DNA of 61,886 nt, counting the filler, from Sphacelaria rigidula (lineage: Eukaryota), in the NCBI GenBank assembly GCA_964200075.2. It is 10 parts of 10 records of this genome, joined end to end, with 100 filler letters (N's around TTAATTAATTAA, not from the genome) between each part and the next. Parts side by side here need not be neighbours in the genome. Positions count along the whole stretch, not along the records: positions 18,598 to 24,696 come from CAXNAA020022231.1; positions 24,797 to 30,895 come from CAXNAA020022232.1; positions 30,996 to 37,094 come from CAXNAA020022233.1; 7 more parts are not named here. One strand, 5' to 3'. Positions 24,579 through 36,426 of this stretch are shown here, in pieces. The notes under the pieces are model-generated. The model saw nothing but the letters and a program-made list of their open reading frames with translations. It was not told the DNA's origin and did no database searches. Both the position numbers and the translations under genes were made by a program. Within the stretch, counting starts at the first letter, position 1. Each line of letters opens with the position of its first letter.

Positions 24579-26942
24579 GTGAGGCACAATACATGCCAAC
24601 GCATATTGAACAATAAGCACCCACGTGAACAAAGGTGGCATGAAATCGTTTGATGCATTAGACAGTAGGGAGAAAAGGATGGCTATACTAGGAGATNNNN
24701 NNNNNNNNNNNNNNNNNNNNNNNNNNNNNNNNNNNNNNNNTTAATTAATTAANNNNNNNNNNNNNNNNNNNNNNNNNNNNNNNNNNNNNNNNNNNNAAGC
24801 ACGTACCCTACGCGACACCGCCCTCTGATACGCACCCGCAACTCATGCATGAATTTCCCTCTTCATACCGCTGCACTGGCAGCGATAAAGAGCTCGCTCG
24901 CAATGTACTGAATTTCCCGGGCTAATTTTCTCCCCGTGTGTACGAGGAGCTTGCTCGACGATTCTGCCTCTCGCTCCCGTATTGTTGCTTGCCGTTTATT
25001 GTCGTACTTCTCAGCCTCAACCTCACTCTTCCTGGTGACAAGTGCGTAGTCCCGAAGAATCATTTTTTTTCTCCCTCTGTTCCGTGCAGCACTCCCAGCG
25101 CACGTCGTCGACTTTCGTTGATTTGTTGTTGTTGCCAAATGTCGCCATCACTTTCACGGAAGACGTAGACCACAAGAGAGGCTCCACGACACTGTACTGT
25201 ACGGTCGGGATTCAAGCCCACAAAATCCACCCATAGTGGTATCGCAATATTATTTGAAAATTGGCGCGCTGTGACTGTTGCCATATATATATATATAATT
25301 TTTTGTCACATCTTGAACCCCTCCCCTCCCTCAGGATGAGTCCGTGGTCACGGGGTATCAATCCATCTCTCCCCCAGTACGCCCCCCCCCCGGTACACTC
25401 CTTGCATATAAGATGTATTTGTGTGACAAGTTGATTTCCTCAATGGATTCCCACAAGAATTTTCCTCTTATGTGATTGTATCCACATCGCACACCCCTTT
25501 CATGAGCCTCTTCGTACGTTTTTTTTGGCGAGAAGAGCTTAGTAGAGGTAACGTTTTTCACCGGCCAGCGTCGCGAGTATTTGTGCATCTCTCTTCACAT
25601 GTCCCTTGCGTGTGTCGGGCTGCCATGCCAGCAATCTCCGGAGAAGGCCTCCCCGTGGGTTTGTGAACCCTACTTGCTCGCCACCCCCAATCTCTTCCCC
25701 CTTACCACTCATACGAATTATCAACGGTCGCGTTGGTAGCAGGCGGGATTGGAACCCGGGACCTTCTGTTCATGAAGGATGCAGAGTTATTTCATGGTGT
25801 CGCCAGTGCGAAATGATCATCTCCCTCGACGGATAGGTGTGGGAGTTTTTGCCCTTTTACGTGGCAGTCTCCACATATCTATGTACTTCATGCGCTGTGA
25901 TTCGTGGAGAACGTTCTGTACAACCTGTGCTGGAGTCTATGGCACGGCGTATGCTAATGAGCCGTTCTACACAAACGTGCACATGCGAAGCGCCGCTAGG
26001 CACGCATATTACCAAAGCAGCCATATACGCACTCCCTCCCGTGCAAACTACATCCCGCTCTGTATGAACAACCCGCTCTATATGAACAAAGACCACACTC
26101 TTTGTGAAGACCAACGCCCATCAAACGCTTGTTTCGCAACCCGGGGGTACGTCTATATGGTGACTACGGGTGGGCTTTCGTAACGGATCAGTTGATGGGA
26201 GACGGTCAGCATTGTAGTGAATTAATATCAAGCTGTTCGCACCCGCCCGTGTGGTTGTCATGGTGAGCAGGTCGAGGAAGGAAAGAGCCCCCGTGCCAAG
26301 AGCTTTGCGCCGCCCAAACCACGGGCAGCGAGAGATTATGGCGACGTCGATCCTAACTTTACGGTGAGCAAAGGAAGGAGGTAAAAATACGTATCGAAAG
26401 CGTGGTGTGGGGATTACAGCAGACACCACTGCTTGGTATTCTGGTTGGTGAAAATGGAACGGAAAATGAAGGATCAATATTCGAGAGCGTGTTGGTGTTG
26501 ATGTGTGCGGGAAAACAGCAACGGATAGGATCAGTGGCGAGAGTTCCGTCATCGTCTTCGAGTCTGGAAACTCTCATAGCACGACATGTGGCTGGTTTGT
26601 GTGGGTTTTGGGTATCGTCGCATTCATGGTTGGCTGTTGTATCGATGTGGCTGTGGCGCACTTCCGAACGGGCACGCCGTGACATCCAGCCGAAGTCTGG
26701 GATCGCAACTTGAATCATCGATCGGCCCACACAGAACGCCTGTGAAAAAAAAATCCCAACATTTTTTTACCATTCTACAATTACACGACATGTGTGAGAG
26801 GGGAGAGAGGTGGAGAGGGGCGTACTCATTTGCTGCTGCTTGCCTTAGTCGTTTGACCATTGACCACGCATCCCTTTCGAGACGGAGCACCGTTGTGAAA
26901 AATCGAAATCGAGGTTCTTCAATTTGTTTACACTTTTTTCAG

Positions 26943-27113
26943 GTGAAATTGGAAGGCTCCATGACCGGTGGTCAGGCGCAGATCGACGCCGAAATCAAAC
27001 TTGCCAAAGATGTGCACGGCCGCCTGGAGAGCCTGGTGAGGGGCACCAAAACCGAAGAGTGTCGAGCGGAGGTGATCAAGACCTACCAGGACTACATAGG
27101 GGCGCAGGCGCTG
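26943..27113 (+). CDS. Exon of a GT14 (core-2/I-branching, xylosyltransferase-like) glycosyltransferase
   Basis: ttttcag|...CTG|gtgag, phase 0-0. LVRGTKTEECRAEVIKTY resembles the stem motif of protein xylosyltransferases. Splices in frame to 29373. Confidence 0.7.
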
Positions 27114-28239
27114 GTGAGCTTGTCTTGGGCGGTATATTTCGTGCGTGTATTTTTATTTCTAGTGCTTTCAAGCCCCACACCCATGAGGCGGTGTGTAACC
27201 CGTGGCTGTCCCTTGGAGTGGCGATACCAGAAAATGAAGCAACTCATTGTAGGCTGTCATCCCAATGCAAGATAATCAGTGCGCTTCGGGCCGAATAATC
27301 TTAGCAGGGTACAGGTCACCCTTCATGCGACTCGTCTAACACATCACGGCGCTTCGAGCTTGGTGGTCAATTGCGGGGCCTGGTCCGGCGAAAACCCGGC
27401 GTGCTCCGCCCCAGCTTCGTAGGGATGCGAGGTCAACTGTCATGTGACTTCGGCATGCAATATCATGAGTACACCCCCCCCCCCCCCGCCCCGCCCTCCT
27501 CGGCACGAGTCTGTACTGTAGTCTGAAGGGGTCAATCATTTTTATTCGTCGTGCTGTACATGTCGTGCCCTTCATTATCGAGCAATTGGATGATGACCAA
27601 CTACTCCCGTAGTCCATTGACTTTCTTTGAATTGTTTCACCGATTTCCGCGAATCATCACGTTTTGGGAGATACTGCACCTCCTGTTTACCACGTCGGCC
27701 GTATCTTCCTACACTTGAATTTTCGCACATATTAACCCCACTCAACCCTATTCCTAACCCCAATCCCGACGAAGGGAGACCGAGAAACCTAGGCAACGTG
27801 GGGTCGGCCCAACCTCGACTACACCCCCCGTGCCGTGCGCTGGTAAGCTCGGTGCGGTGTCAACTGTATTACACAGAGTGCCGTGGACTGCGCTGGCGCG
27901 CACTGGCATTAAGTGGACTTGCACCCAGGGGAACCCGAGACTAAACACAAAATCAAGTCGAGGTCTGCGTGAAGATAGGGGATTTGGATAAACACACTCG
28001 AAATGAGAAGAGTTCGCGCGAGCTGGTCGTCTGATCACCACGGTTGAGACATATACTTGTTCTAGTGTAGGACCATCGGATCTAGATCTTGACAAAGCTG
28101 CTAGTCCCGAATTCTCTCATCTTACGCAGCACGCGGTTTTTGCTCCGATCCCGGCGTATGGTGCCGGTTTAAGCTCTGCCGGCGCGTTCAACATCGCCGC
28201 GCCCCGGTGGTCCAAATGTATAAGTGACACCAGTTGGGG

Positions 28240-28480
28240 GGTATTTTTTTGGAAGTAGAGTATCTGATTTCCGTCGTTAAAAGCGTGAGAACATACGTGA
28301 CTAGCAAGTATACTTCGTTCGACTGAGTTTGTTCGACGAGAGGCGAGGTAGTGCGTGAGGGTATAGAATGAGTGCTGATAGTCATGATCCAATACATCCG
28401 CGAGACCAAAACGCAAGGCATGTACCGGGGGAGTCATGATCCCTTCAGACGATGGACCCGTTCCGAGGAAGGGGAGGAGT
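28240..28480. repeat. Dispersed repeat family D (also ~29150-29300 and ~54850-55060)
   Basis: Shared gactgagtttgttcgacgaga..gtcatgatccaa..ccgcgagaccaaa..gcaaggc segments across contigs. Confidence 0.65.
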
Positions 28481-29372
28481 TGAGGTCGAAACTGTGACAA
28501 CAAAAAGAGCGCACTTTGACTAGGACCCTGTATGCATATCCTTTAGGTTCCGCGAGGGTTTTCGGAATGCCTTCGGTGCGGGTTAGGTCTGGGACTAGGG
28601 CAAGGGGTGGGATCAGGGTTAGAGACAAATCCAAAATGGTCAACCATGGAAATGTGAGGAGGAGCTCGCGGAAACCCGCCTCCTCTATGTGGCAAGCTGT
28701 ACTTATTTCGGAGAACGAAAATCGGAAGAACGACCGCATGGCCTTGACTCCACTTGCACGCTGTTATTTTAATATTAGTTCATGATAGCGTGTATATGGA
28801 TCTGTGCGCTTTTATATACAGTAGTTCTGCTCAGCTCACGCCGATACACATTTGGGTATTTGATGTGTGAATCATGACCTACGTCGGTCGTGCGTATCAG
28901 GTGCCACAATGGACCCACGAACAACACGATGATACAGTACATCGATACATCAACTGGTCGATACAGTACATGAAGGATATCAAATGTGGTCTCGTATAGC
29001 GGCCTCGCCCGGGTGGTCGATCGGCACGACTGAAAATACCAAGGTCGGAACAATGCGAACTCGATTCCCGGCGGATGCAGTAGGGTATTTCTCTGAGAGG
29101 TATCTGGTTTCCGTAGTTCACATCTGAGAACCTGGGTCCCAAAAAGGGTATAATCGACTAGAGCCAACGCGGTGCAGGAGTACCGATGGTCATGATCCAA
29201 TCCGCGATGCCAAAATATCAGGCGTGCATGGGGAGAAAGTTGATCCCTTGTGACCTGTTGACCATAAGACAACGGACTCGTCCCGAAGAAGGAGAGGGGT
29301 TATTGATAGTGTGACGAGCATATGAGTCATAATATACCTTTGTATTCGTATTTTTCCCCGATGTAACTCCAG

Positions 29373-29527
29373 GAGCGATCCCTTCCGTTCGAGGGGGGAA
29401 AGTTTTTCACGCAGTGCAGGGATCCAGAGGACAGGCCTCCAGTGCCGGAAAGCGGGCTTCTCGACCCAGAAATGGTCAACTTGGCTTACGTCATCTTGGC
29501 GCACGACGAGCCCGACCAAGTTGTCAG
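29373..29527 (+). CDS. Exon of the GT14 glycosyltransferase, start of the catalytic Branch domain
   Basis: ctccag|ERSLPFEGGKFFTQCRDP..NLAYVILAHDEPDQVVR|gt. AYxILAHxxPxQxxR is the GT14 N-terminal signature. Confidence 0.8.
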
Positions 29528-31888
29528 GTGTGTGTGTGTGTGTTTTGTCATGCTCCAGCGTCACATGTCATACTCGAGTCCGTGCATGCCTGTGTGTGTG
29601 TATGTGCGTCTGTTTTCTTCTTGTCCCCGTTGACTTGCTCACCTATGCAAGTCCTGCCTGTCGAGAATAGGTTTGTAGTCGAGCGATGCCGTCGTTTCTT
29701 GTACGTAGATTATTGCCGTATCTCTACACGCACGACTTTACCCCAGAGGCGTCACACGCCCGATTACTGGGAACGCACCTGTGCGTTTCACACGATTAAA
29801 AAATGATTGATTTCGGTGGGAACGGAGGAACAATCCAATAAGAGGGCAAAGGGGAACTTGACATGGTTGCCACACGTTGGCCGTTTGTTATCATAATCAT
29901 TCATGTCGTCACAAACTCTCATTTTTTTTGTCTCGACAAGACGGAGCCTTAGCTGAATAATTCACGTCAGTCACAGCTTGGAAAGTCAGGGAATACTGCC
30001 ATTGGGACGTTTTCGCAAACGGCAGATGAGCTTCTTCGCTGTCGCATTCAGATTGACCGGCGTTGAACGTCAGCAGTATTTATTGTTGCGAAATGAACTC
30101 TGGCGCCCCCCAAAGGCTGCGTTCTGTTGAATGGGGCTGGCCAATCAATACAGGAGCTGCGCGCAAAGATGAAGTACTTTTTTTTTTTTTGCGTGGCCTC
30201 GACAGCAATTATTCGCTGTTGGTTCTAACAGTTTGAAAGGGGGATCGCTCTGTAGGTGCCTGTAACCCTGACGCGCCGTGTGTGTTCTTGGTGTCAATGT
30301 ACACTAGACTCTGACCCCCCCCTCACCATAGACTCCGTCTCGAAAGGGATGCGTGGTCAATGGTCAAACGACTAAGGCGAGCAACAAATGAGTACGCCTC
30401 ACCATAGACGGCGAAACAGGAAGGGCGTAAACTATGTTGAAGGTTCTAGTGTAATATATGGAAAAAACAACATGAGCATCCAATTGTTGGACGTCTCTAT
30501 TTGGAGTAGGAACGCTCCTCCGTCTCGAAAGGACCCCCTACGGGGTTGACGTCGTTTGACGATGACGCTGTGAAACACGGCACGCACTGTGTAAGCTCGG
30601 CAACCAGGGTACCGTTTTTTTTTGCGTACGATTGCGTGTTTTTTGCGGTACCGATAATGGTGGTCAAGCTAGATTGTATTGTGCGGGGTGGGAGAAACTC
30701 AACTCCGCGCAAAGAGGGTGGTCATGCTCCGTAGTGTTTGAATGCCGAGACACGCATGATGCAGTGTGTAACCCATGGCTGTCTCTGGGAGTGGCGATAC
30801 CAGAAAATGAAGCAACACATTGTAGGCTGTCATCCCAATGCAAGATAATCAGTAGGCTTCGGGCCGAACAATCTTGGCAGGATGCAGCTTATCCTNNNNN
30901 NNNNNNNNNNNNNNNNNNNNNNNNNNNNNNNNNNNNNNNTTAATTAATTAANNNNNNNNNNNNNNNNNNNNNNNNNNNNNNNNNNNNNNNNNNNNAGTCA
31001 ACGTATGATACTAAAACCAAGTAATATCCTGACGAATCATTATTTGTCCTAACCGTGGAAAACTTGCACAAAAAAATCGCACGCACCAAATTACAAGTAA
31101 CATTTACTCGCATGCTAAACTATGTAGCACACGGAGATCATACCCTGCATACCTTACCGACAACTTACTTTTCCCGGTGTATGAGCTCGGCGTTGGCAGA
31201 TTGCGTCCTTCCTGTAGGCGAACAATCCTGAAGACCATGTTGTATGCACGGTCGGCTTCCTCGTGCTGGACACGTGCTGGACACTATACATCCTTTACTC
31301 GTCTCATGCATCCAAACGTCATCAAGTCGCACTCGCCTGCGAAGTGACGCAGAGACAGCAGGAAGCAGCGGTATGAGACACAGACGGTTGCTCGCCCCTC
31401 CCCTCCCCCCCCCCCCTTTTGTTTTAGTTAAATTGCTACAACGTTCGCATTATACCCCACAAGTCCGAGAATATCTACCATTCTAAACAGCAAACTTCGA
31501 TATGTATTAGCAGAACTAAATCCTCCTCCCGCTCCCTCCTCAGCGCGAGGCAAATAATATTGTAACTACAGCATGCAATATCATGAGTACCCTCCCCCCT
31601 CCCGCGCGTGCGCCCCGACGAAGAGAACAATCTCTACATCGACGCTCTCATGATACTACGGTATATAACTTTCGATTGTATATCTTGAATACCCCCAAAA
31701 TTCACCATTTCGCTGTTCATACCCTGGTCCTCTGATATCCAAAACGTTAAACCGTTCCTCCCCCCAGAAAATATCTTTAAACCCTACTCAATGTCCTCTT
31801 GGGTGCCTCAACTTTGTCTCCGCTGTGCATCTCAAGTGCGCTCCCATCTGCACCGGTAACATACCAAGCAGGACATTTTTTACGTAAG

Positions 31889-32048
31889 CCCTTTTGAGAC
31901 CGAACCCCGACTAACCAGGGGTATAACCCTTGGACTGCGAGCGGTGGTCCATTTGTAAATCGGCACAAATTTCGTTTTTCACGTGACGGTTATGCCGTTT
32001 CACAATGGGCACCCACTCCTGGCTGGTGGGGGTCCGGTCTCAAAAGGG
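31889..32048. mobile_element. 160-bp piggyBac-like MITE
   Basis: Perfect 14-bp TIR CCCTTTTGAGACCG, right flank TTAA; shares its end with 48137-49178. Confidence 0.7.
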
Positions 32049-32058
32049 TTAAACTTAG

Positions 32059-32639
32059 CCTGGTCCGGCGAAAACCCGGCGTGCTCCGTCCCGGCTTTGT
32101 AGGGACGGACCCCGGCTTTGTAGGGACGGACCCCCATGGGATTGGCGTCGACTGGCAATGGCGCTGTAAAACACACCAATCGCTGCGTAAGCTAGGCAAC
32201 CAGGTTACCATTTATTTGCGCGCTTACGTCTTTTTTTGCGGTAGCCATGATGGAGGCCGAGCTAGATCATATTGTGCGGTGTGAGAGAACCTCGATTCCG
32301 CGCAAAGGGGATGATCGTACCACGTAGTATTTTATGGTGAGGCACCCATGAGGCAATGTGGAAGCCGTGGCTGTCTCTGAAAGGGGGGATACCACAAAAT
32401 GAAGTAACTCATTGAAGGCTGTCATCCAAATGCAAGATAATCACAAGGCTTTGGGCTGAACAACCTTAGCAGGATGCAGCTCACCCCTCGTGCGACTCGC
32501 CGAACACATCGCGGCGCTTTGCGCTTGGTCATTGATTGCGAGCCTGGTCCGGCAAAAACCCGGCGTGCCCCGTCCCGGCTTTGGAGGGATGCGAGGTCAA
32601 TGATCTTACGACCATGGCACGCATGATCATGAGTACACC
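32059..32639 (+). mobile_element. Full-length copy of unclassified non-coding repeat family A
   Basis: The first ~45 bp (cctggtccggcgaaaacccggcgtgctccgtcccggc..aggga) recur at 32543, followed by a unique tail ending catgagtacacc and a C-rich flank. Other copies or fragments: 1-45(-), 26819-26890(-), ~27165-27475, 30334-30396, 30513-30895, ~35075-35561, ~37295-37880, 49383-49490, 55059-55587(-). Confidence 0.88.
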
Positions 32640-32721
32640 CTCCCCCTCCCCCCTCCCCCCCTCTCCGTGCCTTCCCCGTTCCCGCCACTTAATGCCAACA
32701 TATTTGCCTGTGTGACCTCAG

Positions 32722-33705
32722 CTGGGAGCGACGTACATAAAGCTGGGGCAGTTTATCGCTTCCTCGCCGACGTTGTTCCCTCCAGAGTGAGTTAGTTACG
32801 CCTGCTGAATTCTAGTCGCTCCTTCGAGATGGCTTATAGCGAGGTACTGCGGCTGCTGTCATCGGTATGATGCGATGACAGCTTCCAAGAACGAAAAAAA
32901 ACTTTCCAGGGTAGACTTTTTTTGTGGTATCTGCACACCAGAAGTGTTTGTACTGATGGTGACCGTAGTCATTTTCCATTGGCGTGGCCGTACGCGGTTC
33001 ACCACCTCGTTGCTCGAGTTCGAGCTAGTTGCTCGATGCGCTAGTAAGCCGAGAGATGAAACTGGCCGAGATCTACCGATCACGGAATGTAAGGGTGACC
33101 CGTCTCTGTCTCTTTCGTTTTATGCACGTCTTCGGCGGTCGAAGCGTTTTCTCACGAATCACTTACGCTCCGTTGCCTTGCATCGTGTCTGCGATGATTG
33201 TCTCTAAGCAAGACGAATCGTCAACCTGATGAAGTGTTTCGTTCCCGAACGAACGTGCCATGCGATTCCCCATGACCAGGTACGTGCTGGAGTTCCAGAA
33301 GTGTCTCGATGCCACTGAGCCCGTCCCCTACTCCAAGATCTTGAGCATTATCAAGGAAGAGGTGAGCAGAGGGTTCTCCTCCGGCCATACGTAGGGCAGT
33401 GTTGTTTTGTGCTGTACTGGGTCGCATTGATGGTGTTGCTGTTGCTATTTTTTTTTTAACTTTTTTCCCTTTGACGGGAGGAGGAAATCTCACCCAACAC
33501 TTACCCCGCAAGCTGTTTCATGTGCCGATTACACGGAGGCTCGGCTAGACTGCCTGGCGGCACTCATGTAGGGCAGGTGCCTCTAGCGTTCGCAAGCTGT
33601 GCTCAAGGTGGTGTGGGGGTCCGACGCACTGAAACTTTATGTCAACGTGATGCACTGCTCGCGTCGCCCTACTCGTGAGAGCTTCGGCCCTGATTATTGT
33701 TGTCG

Positions 33706-33739
<34 letters not shown>

Positions 33740-36426
33740 CTTCAATATGAAACCAATACAGTATGTAGATACCCCACACACAGTGTTGTCGTCCCATCTA
33801 TTCTGGACGCCAGTCTACGCCTTTCGGTATATTTTCGCGCACCAGCCGGGGTTACACAGGAGGAAGGTCAACACAGGAGCTTTTTCTTTCTTGTTTGTTT
33901 TTAGCACTCCATCTTCCTTCTGCGGTGCTTGCCTTTTTTTAAATCGCGAGAGGGGTTCAGCACTCCCTTTCCCTCGTCGACCGTCAAGTCGAATTTTGTG
34001 TACCCACGACATGATCGCTCTCCACTGTTGGGCATGGTGTGTGAAAATTTCCCAGATCGCTCCGAAATTTGAACCCACGACCCTACCGTCAGGAGGTCTC
34101 GAGGTTACCAACTGAGCCACCGGGGCGACCGGCAGTATACGTGTCTCATTACAGTACACCACAACATCTGTGCAAAGGCCAATAATACAGTACTGCTGTT
34201 ATTGGTGAAGCGCAGCTGCGTACAAAACACTCCTTCACCAGAAGCTGCTGGCAAGCAGGACTACCCAAGCACTAGAGACCAAAATGCTCAAAACGTAAAT
34301 GACCGGCCCGCAGAAATGATACCCGAACGTGAACTTGCAATAATATCACTACTGTAGGAGCCAGAGGTTCCCAGCTTTCGCCATGGATTGTTTTTTGTGT
34401 TCGTCAGATACACACACATACATTACATACATACACGTGGTTTTCCCTTGAACTTTAGGAAAACTGACGCGGTTACACGCACGAAAAAAGCCAAAGTATC
34501 TTCCGTCTATCGATCGTCAATTTTACTCAATCTATGACCCATCTGCCAACCATGCCATGCACGCGGGGTTTGTCTTGTCCTCATGTTTCCCTTCCTTCCG
34601 TTTCTCGCGCACGACCACGACTGCTCGTTGTCCGTTTTTCCTCTTCAATGATTTGCTCTACCCCTGACACACCGGCCACGGCGTCGCTTTCGCCGTCCTT
34701 TTTGGTAATCACTTGCCGTAGCTCGGCGGCAGTGCCCGCATCAGCGAAGAGTTCCAGTATATAGATCCCAACCCCTTGGCTTCAGCCAGCGTTGCGCAGG
34801 TACACAGGGCAAAGCTCCGCACCGGAGAGGAGGTGGTCCTGAAGGTATGTTTCAATGTCTCGCGGTTCATGGACGAGGAGTTTTTTTTCGACCTCGTGAT
34901 CGATGTCACTACTACGGGCGGGGAGGGGTTGGGGGAGAAGGGGAGTATCCCGCGACGTTGTGCGGATGGTAGCAATCGCGATGAACATGTGACATGAAGG
35001 AGCCCGGTTTTTGCGACATTCATTCTTGCATGTACCGACGTAAACCGCTGAGCCCCCCCCCCCCCCCTCTCTTGGAGGTTGGCGTCGATTAGCAACGACG
35101 CTGTAAAATACACCGATCGCTGCGTAAGCTAGGTGATCAGATCACTTGTTTACTTTTTCGCTTGCAATTTGTTTTGTGGCAGTCATGATGGTGGCCGAGC
35201 TAGATCATTTTGTGTGGGGTGGAGAACCCAAACTCCGCGCAAAGGGGATGGTCGTACCTACGTGGTGTTTATATGGTGAGACAGACACCCAAGAGGCAGT
35301 TTGTAACCCGTGGCTGTCTCTGGAAGTGGCGATACCAAATAATGAAGCAACTCATTACAGGCGGTCATCCAAATGCAAAATAATTAGTAGGGTTCGGGCC
35401 GAACAATCTTGTCAGGATGCAGCTCACCTCTCGTGCGACTCTCCGAACACATCACGGCGCTTCGCGCTTGGTGATTGATTGCGAGCCTGGTCCGGCGNNN
35501 NNNNNNNAGGGATGCGAGGTCAATGGTCATATGACTTTGGCATGCAAGATCATGAGTACACTTCCCCCCCCCGTCGCGCTCTTTTCCTGTCCCTACTCTT
35601 CAACACCGTCTTCTGTGTTTGAGTACGTTCTATGGCACTAGTTGAAGTGCAAAGTTGAAGTATGCATCCAGCTGAGGGTTGTCATCTATTGGAAAACCAC
35701 AAACATGAATATTCTGCTCTGTCTGTGTCTGTGCCTGTGTCTGTGTCTGTGTCTGTGTCTCCCCTCGCCCCCGCCACTCTATCTGCTTCTCTCTCATTTT
35801 GTTTCCGTTTCCTTGTTTTCGCCCCTGCCCATCTCTCTACCCCTCGGTTGCTGTCTCTCCACTCCCCTCCTCACGTCGTCTTGGTTTGCTGGATGCATTG
35901 TCGGTGGTGCTGTGTCGGCGACCGACGGCTAGGTTCGCAAGCCCGGGGTCGAGGCAACCCTTCAGGCAGACCTGGGGTTTCTCTACATCGGCTCGAGGTA
36001 TTCGTCTTGTGTATGTATTTATGCTTGTGTACACGCGTACGTATTGTTTGTGCAGGCGCGCGCGTATTGACGTCGCCTTCACTATCGTTTTATATTTACG
36101 AGCCATTTTCTAGCACCAACTTAAAAAACTGCAGTGGAATTCGTTCGCGCGTCTTGTTCGGTCGCGTCCTGTGTGAACACGAGGAGTCACAAGGAGTCAT
36201 GTGTCCGGGTAGGTGCAGTTTGATATTGAAGTGTTGGTTTTAACGCGTTTTTCACGCTTTTTAATATGTGGCTCGCTTGACGCCTCTTCCTCCCTGGTCT
36301 CTCTGTCTGCACCCGTCTCCTCCCCCCTCCTCCTTTCTTCTTGCGGGGGTTTCTCTGTAGATTGTTGGAGATTCTTCAGCCGGAGCTTGGCCGGACCTCG
36401 TTTTCGGCTATCGTTAGCGACGTGAG
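32722..36426 (+). CDS. ABC1/UbiB atypical kinase, ABC1K9-like. Five internal exons: 32722-32786, 33280-33361, 34722-34844, 35933-35997, 36361-36426
   Basis: All GT-AG and phase-compatible: [89 protein letters not shown]..[22 protein letters not shown]. These are ABC1 signature motifs. The gene is incomplete at both ends. Confidence 0.93.
33697..33739. repeat. (GTT)n microsatellite
   Basis: Trinucleotide run. Confidence 0.9.
33783..34133 (-). mobile_element. tRNA-derived SINE (~350 bp) in an ABC1K intron
   Basis: Pol III A and B boxes in the head; body and 3' end (ccagaatagatgggacgacaaca) shared with 39349-39695 and ~50560-50885. Confidence 0.85.

Noticed and set aside
32076..32110. Resemblance of the family A repeat to the 7SL/Alu sequence (gcgtgc..gtccc.gct..ggga.gc.gagg)
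   Set aside because: Short GC-rich similarity that lacks the conserved UGU turn and the SRP S-domain motifs; likely chance. An Rfam search would settle it.
32360..32430. Hammerhead ribozyme in family A (retrozyme)
   Set aside because: Hairpins are present, but no CUGANGA core in a valid arrangement was found on either strand.
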